DNA of 64,000 nt from the human T2T-CHM13v2.0 reference genome, Homo sapiens (GCF_009914755.1 NC_060940.1), one strand, 5' to 3'; counted from the stretch's first letter, positions 1 through 14,669 are shown. A program made the numbers and translations. Notes: generated by a model from the letters alone, not told the origin.

Positions 1-1113
1 TCTTGGCACTGACACACAGTAGGCAGTCAGTAGATGTTACTTGCATCAATGCATGAGTCCTTCAGAATACATCCAATTGGCATTCAGTGAGCAGTTGTTC
101 AAATTCCTTTTAATTCAGGATGGTCAAATGTTTGTATGAACATTTGGGGAAACATCTTAACTGTCTACCAGGCAGTTAGATTTTAAAGAAAAGACATGTA
201 TTCATATACTCCGACCCAGGGGAAGATATGTGGCATTCTGCTTAACATAATCAGTTCCTTGCTTTCCACACCAATTTGTGCTTGATTTGTTTCTTTTCTT
301 CTAGAACTTTTCAGAGTGAGAACCTTTAGCAGAAAAAAAAAGCTTAACAAGATAGACATTTTAGTTCAATAGAAGAATTTTTCTGGTGTGAAAAAGTAAA
401 TTACAAAAAGGACTTTGGTTCTGAAAGATAATTAATAAAAACCTTTCCATGTGATGACAAATCTGACATCTTGTCTAATGTCTGGCAGAGAAGAAAGTGT
501 TGAGAGCTGCACAGTTGGAATAAAATGTTCCACTTTACAGCAAGGCCGGGTAGGATCTGATAATTATTTCTAGGCAACAAAAGTTCATAGTCTAATTGTT
601 CAATTGACACAACACCAGGCCTGGCTCTGTGACTATGCACCATCAGTGAGGTCTTCGTTTAGGCTTTCCTGATTTCACAGGTAAATATTGCCAGGAATGT
701 GGGTGATCATGGAATGACTCCCTTGTGGATATTTTGGACTACAGCTGTACTTATAGAACTTTCCTTTCCCTCTTGTAAGCTTCTCATGGGCTGTGGTAGG
801 CTGAGTAATGGTCCCGTAATAAGTCTACATCCTCATTTTCAGAATGTGTCAAGGTTACCTGTATGACCCAGATGAGTATGATGTAATCACAAGCTTATAG
901 AAGGGAAGTAGGAGGAGCCAGAGTTAGAAACAGAAGACGATGTGATGAAGGAAGAGAGACAGAGAAAAACAGGTGAGAAGAGGCCATGCTGCTGGCTTGA
1001 ATGAAGAAGGAGGCTGTGAACTAAAGGATGTAGATGACCTAGCTGGAGAAAACACATTCTCCTGAAGGAGTTCAGCCCTGTGGCTTCAGACTTTAGAACT
1101 ATAAGGTAATAAA

Positions 1114-1714
<601 letters not shown>

Positions 1715-1784
1715 AATAAAGTATTTTTAAGCCTCTCAGATTTTAGAACTTTGTTACAGCAGCATTATGAAATTGATACACGGG

Positions 1785-2260
1785 GGCATGTTTTCCTGAA
1801 ATCAGAGCCTGAGAGGAGAACCAGGTACAGGTAGTTTTCTTTGGGAGGTGATCCAGGAAGCAGGAGTAAGGAAGGATGAGAAGGCAGGAAAGGAGAGAGA
1901 ACCAATATATTAAGGAATCCTTGAGCTCACTGCTGTAGACAGCCAGGGGCCAGTGCACAGGGACCTCGAGAGGCACAGGGAATGACTCTCAGACGTGTCT
2001 GTCTGCAAGAAGGCAGGTGGGAGCATTCAGCCAGCTGTCATTTCCAATGCACTGAGGGCTGTCCATAGGAGCATTAACTCCCCCTCCTTTCCCATCTCTG
2101 CTTTCCCTCACATTAGCCAAGCTCCTGTAGTGTAGGAGAAAGAGCCAAAGCAGAATGCAAAGAGACTGAGGGCAGTCTAAGGGGCAAGCCTGACTTCTTT
2201 AGAAACTCATCGCAGCAGCAACTGAGATCAGAGGTTGGCTGAGGTATTGGCTGCAGCCAC
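1785..2260 (-). mobile_element. ERVL LTR (LTR33-like)
   Basis: gtagttttcttgggaggtgatccaggaagcagg motif resembles LTR33. Confidence 0.55.
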
Positions 2261-3149
2261 CAGCATCATCCTCTATTGGGCTGACCCCTCAGATGACAGA
2301 CCTATTCATTTACTGTTTCCCATCTTTTGTCTCTGTGGATTCAAGGTTTCTTGGTGTAGACCAGACAAGGTTCCCAGTGCCTGCCACATGGTAGGCATTG
2401 ATTATTTTCTCATTTGAACTCCCTGAGGCTACTAAGGCCCACCCAAGAGTACCTCATATAGGGGCTCCTTTGTTTGACTTAAGGGAAACAGGTATTATAT
2501 GGCATTCGACATCACTAATTTAATTACAAAAAATTCATAAATAGATGCAAATACCGCCAACCCTGAGCAGGCACATCCTCTGGTTTCTCCTAAGGGCCAG
2601 CCAGCAAGCCAGGCATTCCCAGTGTAGTAACTTAAATTCTTACAAAACTGTATTTTTCCTTTTAAGTTTTCCAAGTGAGCCCAGTGGCTTAATCCTGGAA
2701 TCTTAATAGTAAAGAGTTAATTCCATTTAGACAAAAATTGTGATTTCACTGAGTGAATTGTTCTTGGCTCTGTTTTATCCAAACTGAAGGAGGGCATGCA
2801 TGAGTCCTATTTTGAGACAAAACACCTTCAAATAATCTGGAAAACAACCCAGAGTTTATTTCTGCCAAATGGCTCCCTGTTTCTTGAACTGGCATGCTAT
2901 GGTGTTTGCATTGACCAAACTTCTGCGTGGAGCCTTTGTTCTTAGAGGTTGTCATGTGAAAAGTTTCAATCATCTTTCTAATATGTCCTTGTCTGTGACA
3001 TGGTCCCAGTCCTTATTTTCATCCAAAGAGCATGTTGTTCCTTCTTCTTTATTTCCACAATACTTTATACATACCCTCTATATTAATATAACTATAATAT
3101 TAATGTATACTTATTATATAAGAAATATATATCAGCTATCAATATAAAT

Positions 3150-3380
3150 AATAACTAGCACATAACACCTACTGTGAGCCAGTTTCTGTCCTGAAACATT
3201 TGATTTGTGTTTACTCATTGACTCATACAACCAATGGGAGTAGACACAATTATTAGTTGTGTTTTGCAAATGAGGAAACTAAGGCAAAGAGAATTTAAGT
3301 AACTTGCTCAGGGTCACATAGAAACTAACTGGAAAAATTGAGATTTCGACCCAGTTAGTCTAGCCTGCGAATCTTTACTC
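3150..3380 (-). mobile_element. MIR
   Basis: ttttgcaaatgaggaaactaaggcaaagagaatttaagtaacttgctcagggtcacatag MIR core. Confidence 0.8.
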
Positions 3381-3962
3381 TGAGCTACTTTTTAACTGAT
3401 TCTCAATGTATAGTCACATAGGTTGTAGTTTATTATATGTCCATGTGTCTGTCTTTCCTTCTAGATAATAAGTTTTTTAAGGGTTTTATTCATTTTTCCA
3501 TCTCTAGTATCTAGGCCAGAGCCTGGCAGATAATAGAAATGTTAAATTTTCACTAAGAAAATCAATTTTAAAATGAACCTGATGATGCTGTCATAATGGC
3601 AGATCAAAATGTCCCATAATTTGAAAGAGGCAATTACTAAAACAATAGCAAAAAATAAAATAAAACAAAATAAAATAAAAAATGAGAGACAATGCTTATT
3701 TATGCCAAGGAGAGGAGCACTTAGGACACTCATTGCCACATCCTGACTCTGACAGCCTTGTCAAAGCATTCCAAAGCCATGACCTTCCCTTATTCTCCCT
3801 TCCTTCCCCACCTCGCCTTCAAATTCCCTCTCCTATTCCTTTCTAACTCCTCTATTTTGCCCTCTTCATTGGTTTTCCCAAATTATATTTACATGTTAAA
3901 ATACCAAGTAAAGGGAACCCATATTTTCTGAGTGTCTATTGTGGGGCCAGGCTATAGTAGAC

Positions 3963-4470
3963 TGCATTAGTTCCCAATGGCTGCTGTAACAAATGACCAC
4001 AAATTTAGCAATTTAAAACGAACATAGTATTGTACAGTTTTGAATGTCAGAAGTTCAAAATGGGCTTCACTGGACTAAAATCAAGGTGTTGGCAGCGATG
4101 CATTCTTTTCTGGAGTCTCATGGGGAGAATTCCCTTTATGCCATCTCCAGTTTCTAGGGGCCACCCACATTCCTTGACTCCTGGCCCCTTCCTCCATCTT
4201 CAAAGTCAGCAATGTGGGGCTGAGTTCATCTCATAACATATCACTCTGCCCTCACCTTCATCATCACATCTCTTTCTCTTATCCTTTCTTCCATTTTCAA
4301 AGATACCTGTGATTACATTGGGTTTACGTGATTACATAATCCAGGATAAGCATGCTGTTTTAATGTTAGCTGATTCCCAACCTTAATTACCCTTTGCCAT
4401 GTAATCTAACATATTCACAGGTCCTGGGGAGTAGGGTGAGGACATCTTTAGGGGACTACTGTCTATTCTG
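3963..4470 (-). mobile_element. MLT1D-like MaLR LTR
   Basis: tgcattagttccc...gctgctgtaacaaatgaccacaaatttag at one end and ccctttgccatgtaatctaacatattcacagg near the other. Confidence 0.75.
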
Positions 4471-4715
4471 TTTGCGTTATCTCATTAAAGCTTCCCAGTG
4501 ACCGTTTCTCTAGCAAAGAGCATGTGAAGGCCATTCACTCTGAATTAATTTACCAAAAGCCAGAGAAATCACCACACAGCCAGAATTTGGACTTAGGTTA
4601 GTTTTGGCTTTTTGCCCCATGCTTTTCCTTGTTTTATTGTTTTCTTGTGCTTCACTTTTTTTTTTTTTTTGTACTTCACAGATACTGTATGTTTTACAAA
4701 TTGAAGATTTGTGGT

Positions 4716-5154
4716 GTTGAAGTCAAAATAAAAATGTAGAGATGAATCTCTAAATTTAGCATTTCATTTGGGAAGAAAGACTTGCAATTTGGGGCATTTA
4801 TGCAGATTAAATAGTCTTTGGTATGTTCAAAGAACAAAGAGAAAGTTGGAGGTTTTGTAACAATGAAAAATGTTATGTATTGCTCTTTGAGAAAGTTCAT
4901 TGACACTAGTAAGGTTCTGGGAAGCTGGCAAGCTTCAGCTGGTGAGTGGCATCAGTGAGAAAATTAGTCCTGGAGTTGCAGCAAATTATCTTGAAGCTAT
5001 AGATAAAACTGGGTTCAGGTTACAGCAGCCAGGCTTGCAGAGAATTACATTGTTGGAGCAATGCTTTGTGTCCCTAGTGTGTTTTTGCCTGGCTTCTTGA
5101 CTTTGCTTTAGTTGGGTATGACAAGAATAACCCAATTTGTAGGATCAGCTTTCA
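4716..5154 (-). mobile_element. ERV solo LTR (LTR47/MER72-like) nested in Tigger1
   Basis: TG...CA-bounded ~440-bp insert (tgttgaagtcaaaataaaaatgtagagatgaatctc ... ggatcagctttca); Tigger1 resumes at caactctgc. Subfamily uncertain. Confidence 0.65.
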
Positions 5155-5982
5155 CCTTGACAACTCTGCACTGAGCAAGTTTATGGGTGCTGTTTTTCCA
5201 ACAGTATGTGATCACTTTGTGTCTCTGTCTCATGTTTTGATAATTCTCCCGGTTTCTTTCCTTTTTTTAAATTATTACTTTGTCTATTTTGGTGATGTCT
5301 GATCAGTGACCTTTGATGTTACTATTGTGATTTTTTTTTTTTTGGGTGGGGGGAGGCACCACAAACTGTGCCCATATAAGATGCCAAACTTAATTGATAA
5401 GTGCGTGTTCTGACTGTTCCACCAACTGGCCCTTTACTCATCTGTCTCCTTCTCCTCCAAACATCCTATTTCCTGAAACACAGCAATATTGAAGTTAGGC
5501 CAATGAATAAGCCTACAATAAAGTACTTTCTTTGCCTCTAAGTGTTCAAGAGAAAGGAGGAGTTGCATGTCTGTCTCTTTAAATCAAACCTAGAAATGAT
5601 TAAGCTAAGTGAGGAAGGCATGTCAAAAGCTGAGGTAGGCTGAAAGCTAGGTTTCTTGTGCCAAAGAGTAAAGTTGTGAATGCAAAGGAAGAGTTCCTGA
5701 AGGAAACTAAAGGTGCTACTCCACTGAACATATGAATGATAAGAAAGTAAGACAGCCTTATTGCTGACATGGAGAAAGTTTTAGTGGTCTGAATAGATGA
5801 TCAAACCAGCCGCAACGTTCCCTCAAACCAAAGCCTAATCCTGAGCAAGGCCTTAACTCTATTCAATTTTCTGAAGGCTGAGAGGTGAAGAAGCTGCAGG
5901 AGAAAAGTTGGAAGCTAGCAGAGGTTAGTGTGTGACATTTAAGTAAAGAAACGATCCCTATAACATAAAAGTGTCAGGTGAA

Positions 5983-6282
5983 AGCCAAGCACAGTGGCTC
6001 ACACCTGTGATTCCAGCACTTTCGGAGACCAAAGCAGGTGGATCACGAGGTCAGGAGAGCAACACCATCCTGGTCAACATGGTGAAGCCCTGTCTCTACT
6101 AAAACTACAAAAATTAGCTGGGTGTGGTGGCACGTACCTGTAATACCAGCTACTCGGGAGGCCAAGGCAGGAGAATCGGTTGAACCAGGGAGTAGGAGGT
6201 TTCAGTGAGCTGAGATCACACCACTGCACTCCAGCCTGGTGACAGAGTGAGACTCCGTCTCAAAAAAATAAATAAATAAAAT
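5983..6282 (+). mobile_element. AluS (Sc-like) nested in Tigger1
   Basis: Full Alu; TSD aaagtgt(c/g)aggtgaa on both sides. Confidence 0.93.
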
Positions 6283-7914
6283 AAAGTGTGAGGTGAAGCA
6301 GGAAGTGCTGATATAGAAGCTGCAGCAAGTCATCCAGAAGATCTAGCTAAGATCATTGATGAAGGCGGATACATTAAATAATACATTTTCTACATGGTTA
6401 AAACATTCTTATACTGGATGAAGATCCCATCTAGGACTTTCATAGCTAGAGAGAAGAAGTAAAGGACAAGCAAACTCTTTTGTCTGGGACTAATGCAACT
6501 GATGACTTTAAGTTGAAGCCAATGCTTATTCACCATTGCAAACATCTTAGGGCCCTTAAGAATTGTGCTGAATCTACTCTGCGTGTGCTCTACAAAAGGA
6601 ACAACAAAGCCTGGATGACAGTACATCTGTTTACAACATGATTTATTCAATATTTTAAGCCCACTATTGAGAACTGCTGCTCAGAAAACTATATTCCCTT
6701 CAAATCTTACTGTTCATTGACAATGTACCTGGACATCCAAAAGTTTTAATGGAGGTATATAAGGAGATTAGTGTTGTTTTCACACCTGCTAATATAATTT
6801 CCATTTTTCAGCCCGTGAATCCAGAAGAAATATTGACTTTCAAGTCTTACTATCAAAGAAATACATTTTGTAAGGCTACAGCTTCTAAAGATTGTGATTC
6901 CTCTGATGGATCAGGACAAAATGAGTCAAAAACCTGCTGAAAAGGATTCACCATTCTAGATGCCCACTAAGAACATTTGTGATTCATGGGGGGTGGTTAA
7001 AATGTCAAAAATAACAGGAGTTTAGAAGATGTTGATTTCAATCCTCATGGATGATTTTGAGAGGTTCAAGACTTCAGTGGAGGAAGGAAGTGCAGAAGTG
7101 GTCGAAATAGCAAGAGAACTAGAATTAGAAGCAGAGCTTGAATATGTGTGTGAATTGCTGCAAGCTCATGATAAAAATGTGAATGGATGAGGAGCTGCTT
7201 CTTATGGATGAGCTAAGAAAGTGGTTTCTTGAGATGGAATCTAATCCTGGTGAAGATGCTGTAAACATTGTTGAAAAGACAATAAAGGATTTAGAATCGT
7301 ACCTAAACTTAGTTGATAAAGCAGCAGCAGGGTTTGAGAGGACTGCTTTCTATTTTGAAAAAAAAGTTCTCCTGTGGGTTAGATGCTACCAAATAGCATC
7401 ACATGCTATAGAGAAATCATTCGTGAAAGGAAGAGTCGATAGATTGGCAAACCTCGTTGTTTTCTTATTTTAAGAAATTGCCACAGCCTCCCCAACCTTC
7501 GCAACCGCCACCCTCATCACTCAGCAGCCACCAAAATGGAGGCAAGACCCTCACCAGCAAAAAGACAACCACTTGTTGAAGGCTCAGAGATCATTAGCAT
7601 TTTTTAGTAAAAACGTATTTTTAAATTAAGGTATGTACATTGTTTTTAGAAATAATGCTATTGCATACTTAATAGGCTACATTATAGTATAAACGTAACT
7701 TTTATATGCACTGGGAAGCCAAAAAGTTCATGTGACTCACTTTATTGTAATATTTGTTTTATTGCTATGGTCTGGAACCGAACCTGCAGTATCTCCGAGG
7801 GATGCCTGTACATGCAGCTTCCCTGTTTACAGTTTGAGGAGAATATGTTGGGTAGCATCTTTTAGAAATAAAGTCTAGGATGTTGGTTCAAATTTTGTGT
7901 GAAAGCAACAATAG

Positions 7915-8276
<362 letters not shown>

Positions 8277-8419
8277 TTACCTCCCCAAGAACTGTAAAAC
8301 CATTTGTAAGTGTCTGTGACCTTAATGACCAGCAACGTGTCAGGTTTTCTGTGTTCCTGGGGCTGTAAAACACCAGGAACATTTTAAGGAGGTCAGACTC
8401 AGCAGGGGCGTGGACATGA

Positions 8420-8474
8420 GTACATGCACATGTGTGTACGTGTGTGTGTGTGTGTGTGTGTGTGCATGCACATG
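8420..8474. repeat. (TG)n microsatellite within an alternating purine-pyrimidine tract
   Basis: tacatgcacatgtgtgtacg(tg)n catgcacatgt. Confidence 0.9.
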
Positions 8475-10174
8475 TCCTGGAATGCTCCATTCCTCCATGC
8501 TTTCCCTGTAGGCAGTATGCCTTTGTAAACCCTTCCAGGACTCTGGGTTTGTGCTCCCTGGGAGGATAAAGAATTAATCAAAATACACTGCTGCGATATT
8601 TTTACATCCTGCAAGTCAGAGGCAGTATCCTTTCTTCCTCACAAATCTAAGACCCTCCAAATTGATCTCAATACACTGACTTTAACAAGAGTAAACCAGA
8701 GATGTTTTATGGCAGGGATAAAGTAACTATCAACCAACACTAATGACAAGAAAGCAAAAAGAGTTGGAGAGAGGAAAGCATAAAGGATCCCAGAGACACT
8801 GGGGTGTTGGTTTGGAAAATACCTTCTTGGAGCTGGTTTAAGAGGGGATGGAACCTGAGAGTGTTCTCAACCTCGTGAGATTAATTATTTGTGGCAGGAA
8901 GTTTCTCTCTTTATTTGTGGCTGCTTTGGAGACAGTTGTGTCATGTTTTTCTTCAGTCCTGATATTTTTCACTGGCCTCTGGGATATATCTGTGATGTCA
9001 GTGGTATCAAAGACTTTTCTGCCCTTGTTCCATGGATGTTTAGTGTACAATCAGCTGCTGCAACAAACAACACCAAATCTCAGTGACTTTGCACAGCGTT
9101 CCGTGGATGTGTCTTGTGGGGCGGTTCTCCCGAGTAACTGTCTTCTGTGCAATGACTGATTCTGGGCTCTTTCTATTGGATGACTCTGCCACCTTGGGAG
9201 TCCTTCCTTCCTATTTCCATGGATAGGAGAAGAGAAGATATCATGCAGGACATCCAGGGGCCATGTCTAGAAGACGTGAGAATCCTTCCAACCTTATTCT
9301 GTTGGCCAGTGCTTAGTCACATGTCTAAAATTGTAATGGAGCAGCAGCACCATGTCCTATTGTGAGAAGTAGCCAGAGACTAATCTCAATGACAGGTCTT
9401 ATAGCTTGAAAAGGTATTTGCAAAATCTAAAGCAAAAGTTGCCAACTCGAATGCCTAGATGTCCAAGCAAGTGTTTAACTGAATTGAGTGAGCAGAAACA
9501 AGAACCAGGGAGTGGTGCTGAGAAGGAAAGCTTGGAGAGGGGCACTCTACATAACATGACAATTTAACTTGATGACAGACTTCTCTGGCTAAACTAACCA
9601 CATCTGCTGGCCACATCCATCCCTTATGCTGCCAGTTGGCAACCTACAGTATGGGAGAGAAAAAGAAAAAATCCTTTCTCTGGAAGCAAACTCCAAAGTT
9701 GGGTATATTCTTGAATCAGTACCTGTCAGGATAAAAAAAAACCCTTTCTTTTTAAGAAAGAACGAAAGTTCTGTACTACAGCAAATAAATGGAAGCTAAA
9801 AAGAAAACCTGGTATAAAGAGTGTGATTTAAGAATTTGCTTTCTGTGCATACATTTAGGGTAGTGGCTCTTGCATGGAAGAGAGATCTCTGAGCTGCTAC
9901 TTTAAAGGATGCTTGGTGTCCTACAGAGGTAACACAACTCAATCATATCAGGCACTGATGTTCTGATGGTGCAGCTGATCCTGAGATGCAAACACCCCAT
10001 GATCTTCTGCTGTCTGATTCCCTGCTATGTCCCTGTGTGTAGTCTAAACAGTCTATTCACTGAACAGTTTTTTAGTAACAACAAAAGTAATAATATGTTG
10101 GTAATAGTTTGTCAATGTCTACCCTGGAGAATATCAGTGAATCATGAATATGGATTTAAATATAATACATAGAA

Positions 10175-10395
10175 ATAATAATAGCAAGCATTTATTGAGC
10201 AAGTACTATGTACCAGGAACTACTTAAGGCTCTTTACAATAATTAACTCACTTAATCCTCATAACGGGTGAGATACCATTACTCCTGCTTTTCAGCTTAG
10301 AAAACTGAGACACAGAAGGTTACTTGCCCAAGGATAGCCCGCTGGTAAACGAGATTCACACTGAACCAACGTGGCTTAAACCTGTGCTTATAGTC
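10175..10395 (-). mobile_element. MIR
   Basis: atttattgagcaagtactatgtaccagg...aattaactcacttaatcctcataac...gaaaactgagacacaga. Confidence 0.8.
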
Positions 10396-10880
10396 CGTCT
10401 GAAACGTGAATCTTTGTAGCAGGCTGATGGTAATTTTTAGATAATAGAAATCTTTTGTTAATCATAGAAGTTGATTATTGCTGTGCTTTCAAAGGTGTCT
10501 TGGTTACCTCTCATTTCTTAGGTACTCACTGATGCATAAATGGACAAACATGTCATAGAGTAAGACTATGATTGCCGTGGCATTAAAGATAAATTTGGAA
10601 TGATGCTCAGAGCATATATTCTAGAAAATTTACAGAGGATTTGGGGAAAACTATGTCCAGGTAGTATTTTTATGCATGTGACATCTCATAATATTGGAGA
10701 AAGGGCTTGCCTGGTTTTGGAGTAATGTCCAAGTTCTAATTCTTACAGCAATGAGGGGTGCTGCTTTACTGCTTTCCATCCCCTTACCGAAGTTACTGTG
10801 AATGAAATTGAAGAGCGGATATCGGTGGCAAGTTCAAGCATAGATACTGTTTTGAATTCTCTTAAGAAATTAAAGGGCAA

Positions 10881-11196
<316 letters not shown>

Positions 11197-12860
11197 TCAG
11201 AAGACAATAGCAGTAACTAGAACATTCTACTATTATTGACTAGTAAGATATTTAGCTTTTGGGGAAGTCCTAAATTAGCCTGGAATCATTTTTAAATGCA
11301 GTTTTGTAATTTCAGTGATGTGTTACATGAAACTCAAAGAGCCACAAAATAATTCACGTGTAAGCGAAGAGTGTGCTGGTTTAAAAGATGAGTCTGCATT
11401 CTTCTCCCTTTATGCAGATAATTCGTAATCATCTTTGAGATCCCAGCAGAAATGTCTCTTTTGTGGTTTTGCTTTCCTTGATGCTCTAGATGAAGTTAGA
11501 CTTCCCTATACCCCAACTTTTACATGCTCCCAGAGAGATCTATATTTTCCTTTCCAGTTAAATTTTAATCTTGGTGAATCACTTAAATTATGATTTGTTA
11601 ATGCCTGTTTTCTTTTTGAGACCATAATTATATTTAACAATTATTGACTCCTTATCCTGTGTGGCACCTTTCTCATTGCTTTGGACAATGTGTAGCAAAG
11701 TCCTCACTGAATCCCAGGAGTCTAATAGGTATTTGTGAATGAGGAGTGAGTGAATGAATGAATGATTTGACTAATTCTTACCTCACTAAGTCACCCATGG
11801 CCCAGGAGGGTACTGTGTACCTTTATGTTACAAATCATTTAACTTTAATTTTGACTGGTAGGTGAAGTGTCCCAAGAATTTGTAAAGATAAAACTGTGCC
11901 TTTGGGGCTTCTCCTACTGCTCCCCTCTTCCCTAAGAGTCAGCAGCTGGAAAAGGTTTATTTATTTTTTTTATTTTGTAACTGTAGAGGAATCCTGAATG
12001 GGCCCTGCAAAGTAATCTCAGAGATTGAGCCACACATAGACAAAGATGGAGAACACAGCTCACCTGCAGAGTGCTGTTTCTCATCACTAACTGTGCTTTC
12101 TCTCAGTCCTGACTTTTTATGCTGAGGATTCTGGGAGAAATTTCACCTTCTTTACTTCCTACAGGATATCCAGTTTCCTGGTCTGGGAGCTGAGAGCAGA
12201 ATTAGCCAATTGGAAGGTTAACGCATAATTGTAGGCACTGGGTGTATGGAGGAGACCCTTGACCATTTGCTATTTAACTGAATTAATGTTGGCCAGTTAT
12301 AGATTTTCTGTTTGCAAAATTGCCAGCAGATTTTTCTGACTCCTGGATCTGCATCCTGTGTATGTGCCACTTGGGATGCCAGCATTTTGATTGCTTCCAG
12401 AGCGATCTAACCAGAGCCTGCTCTCAAGACAAGGGAATCCATGATTCACAAGTGGAACCGTACAGATGCCAGACCACAGCGTTCTTTTCACTTTGATTTG
12501 AGGGAGATGATGTTGGTCAGGGTGATGACTCCCCCATTTCAATTTCTCTGATGTTGTTCAGGCCAGCCACACGGTGAACCTCCTGAGATTGATTCTTGCT
12601 CCCTTCTTTGGGGTTCAGTGCATTTCAGAGGGCTGGTATTTAGAGAGAAGCCCTGGTTCCACAGCTTCCAACCTTTTGACACTGCTTTGAGTTCTCTGGT
12701 GGGGATGATAATGAATTTTCTTCAACTGTCTGTGTGCAGTGGTTAGGATTTTGAGGTCTGATATTGAAGTTTTGTTTTCTAAGAAACACACAGAGTCGAG
12801 GATTTGAGTGCAAGTAATTTGAGTGATGGCAGAAATTGGTTTAAGAAAAATACTAGCTGG

Positions 12861-13140
12861 GGCCGGGCACGGTGGCTCACACCTGTAATCCCAGCACTTT
12901 GGGAGGCCGAGGCGGGTGGATCACGAGGTCAGCAGATCGAGACCATCCTGGTGAACACTGTGAAACCCCGTCTCTACTAAAAATAGAAAAAATTAGCCGG
13001 GTATGGTGGCGGGCGCCTGTAGTCCCAGTTACTCGGGAGGCTGAGGCGGGAGAATGGCGTCAAGCTGGGGGCGGAGCTTGCAGTGAGCAGAGATCACGCC
13101 ACTGCACTCCAGCCTGGGCAACAGAGAGAGACTCCATCTC

Positions 13141-13167
<27 letters not shown>
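12861..13167 (+). mobile_element. AluY-like, inserted at the head of an older Alu
   Basis: Full Alu; 18-bp TSD aagaaaaatactagctgg at 12843-12860 and 13168-13185. Confidence 0.95.
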
Positions 13168-13175
<8 letters not shown>

Positions 13176-13179
13176 TACT

Positions 13180-13452
13180 AGCTGGGTGCAGTGGCTCACG
13201 CCTGTAGTCTTGGCACTTTGGGAAGTCGAGGTGGGTGGATCACTTAAGCTCAGGAGTTTGAGAGCAGCCTGAGCAACATAGTGAAACCTCCTCAGTACAA
13301 AAAATAGAAAAATTAGCTGGGCTTGGTGACGAGTGCCTGTAGTCTCAGCTACTTGGGAGGCTGAGGTGGGAGGATCGCTTGAGCCCAGGAGGTTGGGTCT
13401 GCAGTGAGCCACAGTTGCACTCCAGCCTGGGCAACATGGCAAGACTCGGTCT

Positions 13453-13485
<33 letters not shown>
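13180..13485 (+). mobile_element. AluJ-like with long poly-A
   Basis: gaggtgggaggatcgcttgagcccaggagg (J-type) and a pure A tail of about 30 nt. Confidence 0.9.
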
Positions 13486-13486
<1 letters not shown>

Positions 13487-13519
13487 AAACTTTAAAAGTT
13501 AAAAAAAATAGAAAAAATA

Positions 13520-13770
13520 CCAATAGGGAATGAGGAAATAAGTCAGGGAAGAGAAGGCAGGTAATGAATGTGAGTTATCAAGCTAGATTCTCTGGTGGAC
13601 TTTGGCACTCAATCCCAGGTGGAAACTGGGAGACAAAATGCGTATCTCCAAGTGATCTCACCAGAGGGGTGAGGGAATTGGGATATTTACATACCATTCC
13701 CCATCAGTTATTGGTTAAGGACCACTCCCAGGATGTTAATTTCCAAACACTCTCTTCTGGCACTATGCTC
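13520..13770 (-). mobile_element. LTR33-like ERVL LTR remnant (other part at ~12770-12840)
   Basis: gaggatttgagtgcaagtaattt before the Alus; gggaatgaggaaataagtcagggaagagaaggcag after them. Confidence 0.5.
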
Positions 13771-13899
13771 AGATAAAATACCCTTCCACAAGTTTTAGAG
13801 ACATATCTCGTACAAAGAAGAAAAAATGCAAAGTCCTGCACGTTGACACAGAAGGTCTGAGGGGAATGGGTAGGACTCTGACAGAGTTCCTTTGAGGAC

Positions 13900-14110
13900 A
13901 CTTGAACCTAGATTCAGATGCTGGCTTCACCCATTCCAACTGTATGATCTTGGGCAAGCTTGTTAACCTTTCTAGAATTTCGAGTTCGTCTTCTATAAAA
14001 TATACCTTATAACATTACACATTTCATAGGCCTGCTGTGGAGATGATGCATATGGTGAGTTTAGCACATTAATGGCCAAATACTAAGGGCTCAAAAATGG
14101 TAGCTTTCAT
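13900..14110 (+). mobile_element. MIR
   Basis: tgtatgatcttgggcaagcttgttaacctttct...ttctataaaat. Confidence 0.7.
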
Positions 14111-14394
14111 TTGTTAAGTGTTACGGAGCCTCTTCTCTGTCCCAGTATGTGTGGTAGGTGCTCAGTAGAACCAGTGGTTGGTTGTTGGGGGGAGGTAATA
14201 CCTGTTTTTATGGCCTTATAGCCTTTGTGTACTAAACCTTAAGACCATTTCTTATTTCACTAAGTCACACCTTGCCCAGGAGAGAATCGTATACATCTCA
14301 TACATTATGTTCCAAATCACGTAACCTAAATTTTTGACCGCTGGATGAAGTGTCTTAAGCATCTGCAAAGACAGAACTGTGCCTTTGAAAGCAA

Positions 14395-14669
14395 TTGTAA
14401 ATTTTAAGTTTTATAGTAGCCAAGTTTGCAAAAGGAATAAGAAACTGGTGAAATTAATTTTAATAACATATATTTAATTTCATATGTAAAATATTGTCAT
14501 TTCAACATGTAATTAATATGAAATTATTGACTATTTTACATTCTTTTCCTTATTTAGACATTGAAATCCAGTGTGTATTTTATACTTACAACATGTCAGT
14601 TTCAGACCTATGACTGTTAAGTACTCAGTAGCCACCGGTGGTTCATGGTCACCATATTGGGCCACAGTG
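14395..14669 (+). mobile_element. MER33-like hAT-Charlie MITE
   Basis: gaaactggtgaaattaattttaataac...gaaatccagtgtgtattttatacttaca...gtactcagtagccac. Confidence 0.75.

Larger units (their letters stand above)
4628..7808 (+). mobile_element. Tigger1 DNA transposon, near full length and decayed; carries an LTR and an Alu insertion
   Basis: Tigger1 5' end (ttacaaattgaagatttgtgg), frameshifted transposase-like sequence, and 3' TIR ...tatctccgagggatgcctg followed by TA at 7809-7810. About 2.4 kb after removing the inserts. Confidence 0.9.

Noticed and set aside
6749-7473. Transposase-like ORFs as an active or domesticated gene
   Set aside because: Short fragments of a Tigger1 broken by stops, frameshifts and an Alu.
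8398-8412. CTCF-like tcagcaggggcg
   Set aside because: The core is one base short of the consensus and cannot be supported without ChIP data.
12140-12222. Strong acceptor ctttacttcctacag at 12164 as a cryptic exon
   Set aside because: The nearest donor (aag|gttaac) is weak and nothing else supports it.
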